Part shown: piece after piece, positions 47,179-56,790 of the stretch
Numbering within the stretch: the stretch's first letter is position 1
How the letters are laid out: each line of letters opens with the position of its first letter
Source of the DNA: Candidatus Omnitrophota bacterium
GTDB lineage: Bacteria; Omnitrophota; Gorgyraeia; Gygaellales; Profunditerraquicolaceae
NCBI GenBank assembly: GCA_963805065.1
Contig: CAWDSS010000010.1
Span: 728,359 to 792,358, forward strand
DNA length: 64,000 nucleotides
Direction: 5' to 3'
Notes under the pieces: model-generated
What the model was told of the DNA's origin: nothing
Database searches by the model: none
Seen by the model: the letters and a program-made list of their open reading frames with translations, nothing else
Made by a program: the position numbers and the translations under genes

Positions 47179-47249
47179 CAACTATTAAAGTTTTATCTTT
47201 TCGCCTGTTGCATCATCTGGGCGATTAGGACACTTTAGGAAGAGATGAG

Positions 47250-47936
47250 ATGAAAAAAGTTTTGGTGGCTATGACAGGCGGGTTTTTGATCGCAGGATTA
47301 CTGTTAACGGCGTCAGTTTTTGCGCAGGATTCCACGTCTAATATAAATAAGAAGGAGGCGAACATGAAAAAGTCTATCGGAGCAAAAACCATTGTTTTCC
47401 CAACGCCTGTTTTTGTCGTAGGGTCATACGATAAATCCGGTAATCCTAATGCAATGGTCGTTGCCTGGGGCGGCATTTGTTGTTCAAATCCTCCTTGCGT
47501 CTGTGTCGCTATCAGGGAAGCCACTTATACCTATGGTAATATCATGGCACGCAAGGCCTTTACGATAAGCATCCCTTCAGAGAAATTTATCAAAGAAGCA
47601 GATTACTTCGGGATCGTTTCGGGTAGGACAGAGGATAAGTTTGCCGCTACTAAGCTTACGCCTGTAAAAAGCGACCTTGTGGATGCCCCGTATGTTAAGG
47701 AATTCCCGTTTATTTTGGAATGCTCCGTAATCCAAGTTGTAAAATTAGGATTACATACGCTATTTATCGGTGAGATCAAGGATGCAAAGGTCGATGAGGC
47801 GGTACTGGGGAAAGGCGGAGTGCCTGACATTGAGAAGATAAAACCGATGATCTTTGACCCTGCAAACCGCACCTATTATGGCATTGGTAAATACTTAGGC
47901 GATGCATTTTCGGAAGGGAAGAAGATAAAGAAATAA
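47250..47936 (+). CDS. flavin reductase-like (FMN-binding split-barrel) protein with two candidate starts
   Basis: The flavin reductase-like core starts near residue 39. The internal ATG at 47364 has a strong aaggagg RBS. The upstream 38 codons encode a signal-peptide-like extension. Confidence 0.7.
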   Translation: MKKVLVAMTGGFLIAGLLLTASVFAQDSTSNINKKEANMKKSIGAKTIVFPTPVFVVGSYDKSGNPNAMVVAWGGICCSNPPCVCVAIREATYTYGNIMARKAFTISIPSEKFIKEADYFGIVSGRTEDKFAATKLTPVKSDLVDAPYVKEFPFILECSVIQVVKLGLHTLFIGEIKDAKVDEAVLGKGGVPDIEKIKPMIFDPANRTYYGIGKYLGDAFSEGKKIKK

Positions 47937-48339
47937 ACCAGCATAAATACCCTAAGCGTAATAGCAAAGACACCCTTTTGTAAGTCTCATTATGAGCTGC
48001 CTGTGCAAAAACCTAAACCCTACCCCCAATAATAATGCCTCGCCATACCGACCAGCGTTTCCTTGCAGCACAGACGGTTTCTTCCTGAGGCAGGCTATTA
48101 TTAATATTCGCACAAGCAAAAGTCAAAAACCCACTCCCTTCATTAAACAACTCCCTCATTTTCAATACCATACACCCCTAAATAAAGTACTGCCTTAGCC
48201 TTGACAAATCGATTTTATGTGTTAAACTTTAAACAATTATTTCCTGGAAGCGCTTTCTAAGTAAGCAGGAATTATTTTTTTCTGCATTAGTTAAATACTT
48301 TTCAAAAGTCTAAAATAAGATAATTTTAAGAACATATTT

Positions 48340-48409
48340 GCCACGGTGTTTCTTAAAATTTTACCTTTGGTCAGAAGGGTAAAATCGGAGGATAGCCGTG
48401 GCTTTTTTT
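48340..48409 (+). terminator. long structured hairpin plus T7 in the leader of the giant gene
   Basis: gccacgg (48340-48346) pairs with ccgtggc (48396-48402) around an inner ttttaccttt/aagggtaaaa stem. A T-run lies at 48403-48409, about 45 nt before the ATG. Confidence 0.5.
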
Positions 48410-48453
48410 ATTCTTATTCAAAACAGAAGAAATAAACCAAGAGGAGAAGACAA

Positions 48454-51400
48454 ATGAGTAATTTCAGGAAAAACAAAGCATTCTTAAGAGTAGCCTGTTT
48501 ATTCGTAGCCATGTCTTTCTTAAGCAGCGCAATCATGCCAGGGTTTGTCAGGGCACAGGATTTAATCCTACCCTCACCCACACAGTTTGTGAACCTATCC
48601 ACTGCTTATTCCTTCCCAGTTCTAAAAGGCATGAAATTTGACCCCTCTGACCCCTTAAAGATGCAGTTTATCATTGATACAGCAGACCAGGGCAAAGTAA
48701 GCCAGGAAGAAGCCTCCCAGCTGATTAAATACTTCTTAGCTGGTTTAACCATACCTGAAACAGACCTCTGGGTCAACATGTCTCCCTATGAGCATGACAA
48801 CATGATTACTACTGCTCTTTCTGAGACTGACTTAGGTAAAGACCTGCTCTCACAGGATTACATCCTAAAGCAGCTTTCTTCCTCCTTAACCTATCCTGAA
48901 AGCGATACTGGCAAGGACTACTGGGCCAAGACCTATCAGGAAGTCCAGCGTATAGCCCATACCACCAAACTACCAGTCAATACCTTTAACAAGATCTGGA
49001 TTATGCCTGAAAAAGCAGAAATCTATGAGAATGAAACTACAGCCTTAATCACCAAAGCAACTTTAAAGACATTACTAGACAGGGACTACCTGGCCTTAAA
49101 GAACAATCTCTCTAGTATCCAGAACAATAAGAAGAATATGCAGGAAGATCTGATTAACAAGGTAGATGAAGCCTCAAGCAAGGTCATGCGTGAGCAAATC
49201 CTTCCTAAAATCAACCAAGAAGTCAATTCCGGCAAGAACTTTGCCACTCTAAGACAGATATATCACTCACTAATTCTAGCCATATGGTTCAAACAGAAGT
49301 TCAAGGACTCTATTTATAAGCAATACATAGATAAAGGTAAGGTAAAAGGCATAGACCTAGCTGACAAGGATGCCAAAGACAAGATCTACAACCTCTATGT
49401 AGAAGCCTTTAAGAAGGGAGTCTACAACTACATAAAGTCAGACTTTGACCAAACCACACACCGCAACATCAAAAGACAATACTTCTCAGGCGGCTTCTCT
49501 GTAGGCAGCCCAGTTGACTTTATGAACAAACACCCCATGAATACACTTCCTGCCGTGAATGACCTGCTGGAAGGCAATAATGTTGGTTTATCTATAGTGG
49601 CAAGTCCGATAACGACAAAGGGAAAGAGTTCAGGGAGTCCGACTACCGACAGAATCGAACAAATAGATAAAGCCTATGAATTGATTAATACAATTTCCAC
49701 TAAGCCCCTTGGTCACGTTGCTATAACTAAACTGATAGAGGAAACTGATGTAGAGGTACTTAACCAGGCGCAACGTTTGCTCAATCAAAGAATCAAAGAG
49801 GCGCAAGATAAGGGCAATTATTCTGAGACAGCAAGGCTAGATAAAGTCGCACTGATTATTAAGGAAGTTATATTTATTAAAGAAATTCCTTCTAAACTAT
49901 CCAAAATCTTAATGGGATCAGGACAGGCTTCGGATGATAAAATAAAGCAAGCGCAGACTGATGCTTTAAACCGTATTTATCATATTGTAAAGGAGGCGCC
50001 AACTAAATACGGAAGAGGATTCCTTGAGTCGAAAAGTGCGGGGAGTCCGGCTACCAGCAAAGAAGATGAAGTATTGTTTAGGGCATCGACTATGAAGAAA
50101 ATTGCAAATCTTGACGGACAAATGATAATGATAGATGAACTGCTCCCCTTCACTTTTCTCCCTCAACATTTACGAGATAAATTATTATCTGTGGAAAAAT
50201 CTTTAAGAAAAGAAAAAAGTCTTTTAGAAGAACAGATAAAACAATATCAATCGTTAATCGTTCAAAGCCCGGATTTTTTATTTTTAGAGTTATTAGATTA
50301 TGCATCAACACATTTAGCTTTTCTTAATGGCCGAAATACTATATTAAAAGGAATAAGAGATGGCGAATTTAGCTCAATCGGCAAGAAGATAAAAGCTGAA
50401 GATATTAAAAAAGAGCAATTAACAAAAGATCATGCCACAAGATTAATAGTGCAAAATTTGGATGAGATAGACAGAGCAAGAAGAGCCTTGATAAGGACTC
50501 GCATCAATAAGAGCGAAAATATCCTTTTAGATGCTGCTAGCCTTATTATTTCGGCTATTAGGAATACAAAAATAATTCCTGCTGCAACAACGCTTTTGGG
50601 CGTGCGGCAACCGCTAAAAGAAATCTCAGATATTGTATTCAGAGCCAAAACGTTATTAACAGATTTATCCATGAATAATATGTTTGAAAATGTAATTATT
50701 AAAGCGAATGAAACGCTTATGTCAGATGCGTCTAAGATAAATGATTCTATCAAGCCTGTAGAATCAATCCAAAAAGTTCATGAACCATCTGTGAAAGATG
50801 AACTTATAGAAGCGTTAGTAAAAACAAAAAGAAGCCAGGATCGGGTCAAAATGGCTTCTTTGGTTCTATATGAGCCTATTTCTGAATTAAAAGAAGCAGG
50901 CGATCAGTCATCAACTCGTGAATTCCTTGAAGGAATAGTCACGTCACTGTCAACAGTTTCAGATGCCCTAGACAAAACAAAAGAGTTATTGAAACAACAT
51001 CTTCCCGACTCAGCCGGCTCGCCGATACAGGATTTTGACTCAACGCAGCATGCCCTTCGGGTGTTGATACAAATTTCTGACCCATCTAAGGAAGAGGAGT
51101 TTGATGCATTGCTCAAACAAATGGATATCGCAGGGGATCAGACAGAGAAGAAGTTTGAAAACTTTATCGCATCAGTTTTTGATAAAACCGGCGACCTTTT
51201 TAAATTACGTCCGGTACCAATTTGGGTTGTGAATACGATTCTTTTGTATACCGATCCAAAGATTATATTCAATTCAGAGATTCCAATTAAACCCACCGAA
51301 GCCGCAACAGATGCCTTGACCAAAATTTATCTTAATTTAACCGACCTTGAACAAACAAAGCTTCTTGCACACATTGAAGCTTTAGCTACAGGATTGAAGC

Positions 51401-54400
51401 CGTGGGAAGGTTTCTCATGGGTGCCGAAAGATTATGGCAAGCCTTATATTTTTGCTCAACGGTTACGGTCATCGGCGTATGAGGGGAAATTCGGGGTTAA
51501 CAGAGTTATATATGAATCCAGCGTCGCCGCCTCACCGATTTCTGCTAAAGAACTTTTTGCCAAAGCACATATTTTACTAGATACATTTGGAGTATCAGGA
51601 AAAGAAAGCCACGTTATAGTAGATGGCAAAAGAATGCAGATTGAACTATCCACAAGAAGTGCTTTAATAATTGCTGAACAGAAATTAACCAAGTTCGGTA
51701 GTATAAAGACAATTAGCTTAGAAGATATTCAAAAGTTTAAAGCAAGCGATGAAGGAAAAGTTTTAGATCCCGTAGCTTTTCACTTCATTGAGCAAGCCTA
51801 TAAAGAACTACCCAGTGCCTCCGGCATACCAATACTCAATCCACAAGATATTTCTAAGGCAATGTCACTTTATGAAAAATTCTATGGTGGTAGCAATTGG
51901 ACTAGAATGGCCATGGAACATTATTTAAAAGGTAATATAAGTCTTTCTCATGTAGCAAGGGTGATCGGCTTGGTTTCAGATGATTTACTTTCATTTGATG
52001 CTGCAAAAATCCCAGCTCTTACTGTGTATATCGCTTTAAAGTATGGTTTCCTTGAGCCAGAGGAATTTAAGAATATAAAATCAGCTATTGAGATTGCAGA
52101 AACAAATACTCCGGATTCATTTAACCGTGCCGAAGCATTAATTGCTCAAAACAAAGGTATTGATGCAGCAAGGGCAACAGAGATTCTTGATGATGTATTT
52201 AATCAGTTTAACAGGGCTCTGCCATTAACCGAAAAAGAAGACCAGCGCTTGCAAGTATCTTTATTACAAGGGAATTTCCCGAAAGGCATAGCCGGCTCGC
52301 CGATTTTTACCGCTTCAAAGATAGAAGTAGATAAAACAAGAGCAATAAATTTAGGAAAAATCGACAATGCAAAATATGGCCATAGAGAATTATTATTAAC
52401 TGAATCTGAATTGAGTGCTTTAACAGATGCTTTAACAGATAAAGATGCTCGCTTAGCCGTGTACCAAATATACGATTATGGCTCAATCAGTGAAAACTTG
52501 CTTTTTACGATCTATTTCGAAAATGGCTTGCCTATGGTTATAGGGCCAAATATTTGGCGTGACCAGCAAGATACATGGAAATACGGGCAATCCCCTAGTA
52601 AAGAGGACATTTTGATCTCTTATGACCCTGCTCATAAGAATTTACGTATTGAGACCCGGCAAGAAACAGATTCAAAAACCCTAAGAAATAATTATGAAAT
52701 AAGGCTGGAACAGGTTAAGGCATCCGGCTCGCCGATAGGCGAAGGTCTAACCAACAGTTTGATATTAAAACAGGATCTTAAAATCACAGTTACCGAAGAT
52801 GCGCCAGCAAGAAGCCATAGGCACGATGCCTTTTCCTATTTATATCTAGATTCCCAAGATGCAATAAAGTTTTTTGAATCCTTAAAGGACAAAATTATTA
52901 CACCACAATACGATTTAACCAACTTTAAAGATTACTTTGTATTATTTTCCTTTACTGCTCGTTCAGGAGACCAAAAACAAGATAGAATAATTCCCTTAGG
53001 AGTCGTAGCGCATAAAGATATTGGAAAAGAAAAAGAAGGAGAGGAAACAGTAATATTAAATTTCGCGGAAAGCGCCTTTGCGCAGTATTTACTAAAAGAG
53101 TGGGTTGATACAAATCCGCTAGTTAGCGGTAAGACATCATTTGTAGAATTTATTCACCTAAAGGATAACTTCGTTGTTAGAATGGAGAATTTTTCTTTGA
53201 GAGGAAATGAATTACAGCGAAAGGCGTTTGAGTCACCATACACGGGTCATAAGAGCGAAAATTATCCTTATATCTCAGGAAATATTGAAATTGTAGTTAA
53301 TGACAAAACCCAGGCTGGCTCGCCGGTTACCCATGAATTAAGTATTGATAAGCCTGTTGAATTTGGAGAGGGGCCGGTCCTCAGTGGCATCGAAACGACT
53401 ACCATCAAACTGCCTCCTTATAAAGAGCTAATTGGAAGAATCATAACTGTATATCAAACTTCTCCAGAAGGTGAAATTGCTCCCGATGCATCAGGCGATT
53501 TTCCAATAGTTAGCTTAGTTCTTCATTCTCCGAATGATGATCGTATGAGTGTTGAGAGAGCTAATTACCAAGGAACCCTTGAGCGCAACGGTTTTGATTT
53601 TGATGCTACTTATATGTGTTACATTTATGATGATAATCATGATCGTTTACTTATTTCAAGTTATGATGGAGGGGTTCTACAACTTAAAATTCCTCATTAT
53701 CTTAATTCGAGAAAAGACCGTCAGTATAAGGTAGTGATTGAATTAACTAAAGAAGAATTAGCTGCTAAAATAAAGTACTTAACAGAACAGGAAACGGACT
53801 TAGAAAATCGTATGAATGATTTGGCTAAAATAATAAATGATCAGAGTATAACAAGCGAACATCATATAACTGATCTAAAAGACTTTGTTGGTTTATACAA
53901 TCAACTGCGTGTATTTAGGGAAGAATCAAAAAAATTGAAAGCAAAGTCCATCGCAGCAAGCCCGCTAACCAAAGCAGAGGAAACAAGAATTAAGCAGCTG
54001 GAAGAAAACATGGATGGATATATTAATAACATGGAAATAGTATTAACAAATATTCAGGAAAACAGTGCTTTAATTGCCAGCCTTTCGAAAGTTAGGCGTA
54101 CTGAAATTTCTACAAAATTTGTGGTGCGAGATAAATTAGAAGATTTACAAGAGCGAAATAATAAAGAATATGTAGAATTTAAAAACTTACTAACTCTATT
54201 TAGATATGACTATAACGAATGGAATGATTTGAGAATTAAAAGTAATCAATCCGAACAAAAGGGGGGCGCCAGCTTGCCGGCGGTCGTAAGTTCAATAAAA
54301 GTGAGAATCGATGAAGCTAAGTTACTTTCTCTTGCAGGAGAATTGGCAGATAATAGCCCAAAAGGAACTTTATATCTAAAAACTAATGGGAGAATTAATT

Positions 54401-55128
54401 TTGACGAAACCAATCCTGCTATGCCTGAGATTTCCTCCCAAGCCAGTGCTTATTGGAAATTATTTTCTAAATTTATACAGTCGACGAAAGAAGCTCAAGA
54501 ACCAACTCCCGAATGGATGGGACCTATCCCTCGGGAAATAGTAATTCCCAAGAATTCTTCAAAAGACTTTATAATACAACGTCTTCTGAATGAGGCGGGT
54601 GTTACTGCCAGCTCGCCGGCTGGAGAAGTTTCTTCCAGCCCTGCAAATGACAGGAGCGATCCTAGGAATCGGTGGATTAACGATCCATGGCGAGAACCGC
54701 CCAGTTCGAGGTATCCTCGCGAACCTCGCTATGGCGGTAATCTAGACCTACCTTGGGGTTATTATCGTAGTACTTATGGTAATATAGTTAACAATTGGAA
54801 TGGTCATGTCTATACTCCAGAGCAATGGAAGGAAAAACAAAAAAAAGGCTCTAGCCCGCTACAAATGACACAAGAAGCTGCCAGTGGCTCAATAGGAGAA
54901 GAAAAAGGTGGTATTGACTTAGGCAGCATTGATGTTGTAGCTACTCCTAATTCAGTGCCTGTGAAAATACCTGCTATAGACCTGAGTAACTTAGAAGGCT
55001 TTACCTTCCAGATTATCAGGATGCAGCCGATAAACAACTTAAACCCCATGTTCGGCATCTTTCCAAAAGTAGGAGAGAATAAAGATAATACCGTAAAGAA
55101 CAAAGAACTGGCTTATTTGAAGAATTAA
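48454..55128 (+). CDS. giant secreted protein (2224 aa): conserved ~350-aa N-terminal domain plus SP-motif-punctuated modules
   Basis: An uninterrupted 6.7-kb ORF with an aggag RBS and a signal peptide (ACLFVAMSFLSSAIMPGFVRAQD). Its N-domain is paralogous to 61579-62409. Confidence 0.85.
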   Translation: MSNFRKNKAFLRVACLFVAMSFLSSAIMPGFVRAQDLILPSPTQFVNLSTAYSFPVLKGMKFDPSDPLKMQFIIDTADQGKVSQEEASQLIKYFLAGLTIPETDLWVNMSPYEHDNMITTALSETDLGKDLLSQDYILKQLSSSLTYPESDTGKDYWAKTYQEVQRIAHTTKLPVNTFNKIWIMPEKAEIYENETTALITKATLKTLLDRDYLALKNNLSSIQNNKKNMQEDLINKVDEASSKVMREQILPKINQEVNSGKNFATLRQIYHSLILAIWFKQKFKDSIYKQYIDKGKVKGIDLADKDAKDKIYNLYVEAFKKGVYNYIKSDFDQTTHRNIKRQYFSGGFSVGSPVDFMNKHPMNTLPAVNDLLEGNNVGLSIVASPITTKGKSSGSPTTDRIEQIDKAYELINTISTKPLGHVAITKLIEETDVEVLNQAQRLLNQRIKEAQDKGNYSETARLDKVALIIKEVIFIKEIPSKLSKILMGSGQASDDKIKQAQTDALNRIYHIVKEAPTKYGRGFLESKSAGSPATSKEDEVLFRASTMKKIANLDGQMIMIDELLPFTFLPQHLRDKLLSVEKSLRKEKSLLEEQIKQYQSLIVQSPDFLFLELLDYASTHLAFLNGRNTILKGIRDGEFSSIGKKIKAEDIKKEQLTKDHATRLIVQNLDEIDRARRALIRTRINKSENILLDAASLIISAIRNTKIIPAATTLLGVRQPLKEISDIVFRAKTLLTDLSMNNMFENVIIKANETLMSDASKINDSIKPVESIQKVHEPSVKDELIEALVKTKRSQDRVKMASLVLYEPISELKEAGDQSSTREFLEGIVTSLSTVSDALDKTKELLKQHLPDSAGSPIQDFDSTQHALRVLIQISDPSKEEEFDALLKQMDIAGDQTEKKFENFIASVFDKTGDLFKLRPVPIWVVNTILLYTDPKIIFNSEIPIKPTEAATDALTKIYLNLTDLEQTKLLAHIEALATGLKPWEGFSWVPKDYGKPYIFAQRLRSSAYEGKFGVNRVIYESSVAASPISAKELFAKAHILLDTFGVSGKESHVIVDGKRMQIELSTRSALIIAEQKLTKFGSIKTISLEDIQKFKASDEGKVLDPVAFHFIEQAYKELPSASGIPILNPQDISKAMSLYEKFYGGSNWTRMAMEHYLKGNISLSHVARVIGLVSDDLLSFDAAKIPALTVYIALKYGFLEPEEFKNIKSAIEIAETNTPDSFNRAEALIAQNKGIDAARATEILDDVFNQFNRALPLTEKEDQRLQVSLLQGNFPKGIAGSPIFTASKIEVDKTRAINLGKIDNAKYGHRELLLTESELSALTDALTDKDARLAVYQIYDYGSISENLLFTIYFENGLPMVIGPNIWRDQQDTWKYGQSPSKEDILISYDPAHKNLRIETRQETDSKTLRNNYEIRLEQVKASGSPIGEGLTNSLILKQDLKITVTEDAPARSHRHDAFSYLYLDSQDAIKFFESLKDKIITPQYDLTNFKDYFVLFSFTARSGDQKQDRIIPLGVVAHKDIGKEKEGEETVILNFAESAFAQYLLKEWVDTNPLVSGKTSFVEFIHLKDNFVVRMENFSLRGNELQRKAFESPYTGHKSENYPYISGNIEIVVNDKTQAGSPVTHELSIDKPVEFGEGPVLSGIETTTIKLPPYKELIGRIITVYQTSPEGEIAPDASGDFPIVSLVLHSPNDDRMSVERANYQGTLERNGFDFDATYMCYIYDDNHDRLLISSYDGGVLQLKIPHYLNSRKDRQYKVVIELTKEELAAKIKYLTEQETDLENRMNDLAKIINDQSITSEHHITDLKDFVGLYNQLRVFREESKKLKAKSIAASPLTKAEETRIKQLEENMDGYINNMEIVLTNIQENSALIASLSKVRRTEISTKFVVRDKLEDLQERNNKEYVEFKNLLTLFRYDYNEWNDLRIKSNQSEQKGGASLPAVVSSIKVRIDEAKLLSLAGELADNSPKGTLYLKTNGRINFDETNPAMPEISSQASAYWKLFSKFIQSTKEAQEPTPEWMGPIPREIVIPKNSSKDFIIQRLLNEAGVTASSPAGEVSSSPANDRSDPRNRWINDPWREPPSSRYPREPRYGGNLDLPWGYYRSTYGNIVNNWNGHVYTPEQWKEKQKKGSSPLQMTQEAASGSIGEEKGGIDLGSIDVVATPNSVPVKIPAIDLSNLEGFTFQIIRMQPINNLNPMFGIFPKVGENKDNTVKNKELAYLKN

Positions 55129-55164
55129 TATAAGCGGTTAGATTAAAAATGGCTGGTGAGATAA

Positions 55165-55193
55165 GGGCGAAGCGTTAAAGCTTCGCCCTTTTT
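55165..55193 (+). terminator. Rho-independent terminator of the giant gene
   Basis: A perfect 9-bp stem (gggcgaagc/gcttcgccc) with a 6-nt loop and a T5 tail. Confidence 0.7.
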
Positions 55194-55234
55194 GCAATGT
55201 ACTTACACCGAGTCAGAGCTCCTTTTAAAAGCGA

Positions 55235-55260
55235 ATGTCCACCTCTCGGAGGCTGGACAA
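55235..55260. repeat. 26-bp inverted repeat ATGTCCA-12-TGGACAA, similar to 36764-36789
   Basis: It has the same length and outer arms as the site next to the recombinase gene. A hand count gives 17 of 26 positions identical. Confidence 0.5.
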
Positions 55261-55499
55261 CGATAAATGTTTATGTTCCAAACAGTTAAGAAAAATGACC
55301 CCCTTAAAAAGTGGACAAATAAGACAAGAAATCGGCCCTTTTAAGAGCTACTCATTAATTTTTTCACCCTTCTAAAGGTTTGCCATAATCGTATCTTGAA
55401 ATCTATCTCTCATAGCTCATAATTTCTTGATATTTGCCCTATTTCCTATATAATTAGCCTATTAGTATTAAGAGATATAGTTATTACCTATACCAACAC

Positions 55500-55580
55500 G
55501 GGCAGCCACATAAATCTCTCGGAATCCAGTATGAGAGATAACTTAATCCCTGATTAGCAACGCTAGCCAGGGCATTTTTT
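55500..55580 (+). ncRNA. candidate small RNA, second copy
   Basis: Hairpin 1 is tctctc(g)/(t)gagaga. Hairpin 2 is ccctgattag/ctagccaggg (one mismatch, one wobble) followed by T6. Structure is kept despite sequence changes relative to DR1. Confidence 0.3.
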
Positions 55581-55727
55581 ATGTCCGCACGTTTCAAAGA
55601 GTTGGGGCATTATTTATTCTGCTGTTTTGTTGTTATCAATTTCAAATTCTAATCCTGCCCCAGGTTCGCAAAAATAAACCAAATAAATCTCATCGGCTTA
55701 TCTCTTTATCTCAGTATTGGCTATTAG
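55500..55727 (+). repeat. DR2, partner of DR1
   Basis: See DR1. This copy retains an upstream -10-like TATAGT and the shared ACGGGCAG leader motif. Confidence 0.7.
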
Positions 55728-55822
55728 TTTCTTAGGTTTAGTGTCTTGGTTATATGGCAATATAATGCGAATTACTGGCTTAAGAATTGATGAGGAACTG
55801 GAAAATTAGTAATATTTATCTG

Positions 55823-55851
55823 TTGACCCAATAGATAGTTAAAAGTATAAT
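55823..55851 (+). promoter_or_regulatory. strong sigma70-like promoter TTGACC-17-TATAAT for the FkbM gene
   Basis: The hexamers lie at 55823-55828 and 55846-55851. The downstream leader is CTAATATTTGTACGGGCAGGAGC with an aggag SD. Confidence 0.6.
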
Positions 55852-55885
55852 TATGCCTAATATTTGTACGGGCAGGAGCTAGCAT

Positions 55886-56638
55886 ATGTATAAAAAAATA
55901 TTCTTATGGGTGATTGTTGTTGCTATTTTTACTACTGAATTTCTGGTTGCAAGGAATATCTTCTTCAAAAATAGCATTTCTGGTGATTTAATCTCAAAAA
56001 CCGGGGGAAAACCTAATTCTGAAAGTCCCGAAGAGCTCATCCTTAATGATTTTTTCCATGGCCGCCGTAATGGCTTCTTCGTGGATATAGGTTGTGCCGA
56101 ATATAAAAATTCCAATCTGACTTACTATCTTGAAAAAGAATTAGGCTGGTCTGGAATAGCGGTTGACGCACTTCCAGAATTCGCATGGGGCTACTTAGAA
56201 TACCGGCCGAAAACTAAATTTTACAGTTTTATTGTCACGGACCACTCTGGTAAGATAGAACCTTTTTATAGATTGATAAAGGAGACATGGGGTTCTTCAA
56301 CAAACAAAAATTGGGCTGTTGGAATTGCCAAAGTAGAAAATGATAAATACGAAAAAATCTATATTCCTACTGTTACCTTAAATGACCTGTTAATTAAAAA
56401 CGGAGTATCCAAAATAGATTTTCTAACCATGGATATTGAAACCGGTGAGCCAGCCGCACTCGCAGGCTTTGATATTGCAAAATTCAGGCCTCAACTTGTT
56501 TGTATAGAAGTGCAGGATCTTAACAGACACAAAATTGTCAAGTATTTTAAAGACCACGGATATAAACGTATTGATAAATATTTGAAATATTTTAGACACG
56601 ACCAACCAAACTGGTATTTTAAACCCAATGAAAATTAA
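55886..56638 (+). CDS. FkbM-family methyltransferase
   Basis: It contains FFVDIGCAEYKNSN and IDFLTMDIETGEPAALAGF, patterns typical of FkbM-type enzymes. Confidence 0.7.
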   Translation: MYKKIFLWVIVVAIFTTEFLVARNIFFKNSISGDLISKTGGKPNSESPEELILNDFFHGRRNGFFVDIGCAEYKNSNLTYYLEKELGWSGIAVDALPEFAWGYLEYRPKTKFYSFIVTDHSGKIEPFYRLIKETWGSSTNKNWAVGIAKVENDKYEKIYIPTVTLNDLLIKNGVSKIDFLTMDIETGEPAALAGFDIAKFRPQLVCIEVQDLNRHKIVKYFKDHGYKRIDKYLKYFRHDQPNWYFKPNEN

Positions 56639-56700
56639 TTTATGAAAATCTTGGTCCCACTTGACTGTTTTGGTAAAATAAGTCCTGAAGGAGTGGTATA

Positions 56701-56790
56701 TTATGACTCAGGCACAGTGAGATATTAATCGTAAGTTAAGGATATTAAATTATGCGAAGGAAGATAGCAATGTCGTAAAATGTTATGGAT
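56701..56790 (+). pseudogene. possible remnant of an IS481-like transposase N-terminus
   Basis: MTQAQ-stop is followed, in another frame, by DINRKLRILNYAKEDSNVVKCYG-stop. This resembles the HTH region (..R..IL.YA...GNV..TCRYFGI) of IS481-type integrases. Confidence 0.25.

Noticed and set aside
47992-48198. 68-aa ORF in the gap before the giant gene
   Set aside because: It has no RBS and a Pro/Asn/Thr-rich low-complexity product. The region is better explained as promoter and leader.
55581-55652. 23-aa ORF (MSARFKELGHYLFCCFVVINFKF) inside DR2
   Set aside because: The corresponding position in DR1 reads ATG TTT TGA, so the peptide is not conserved between the repeat copies.
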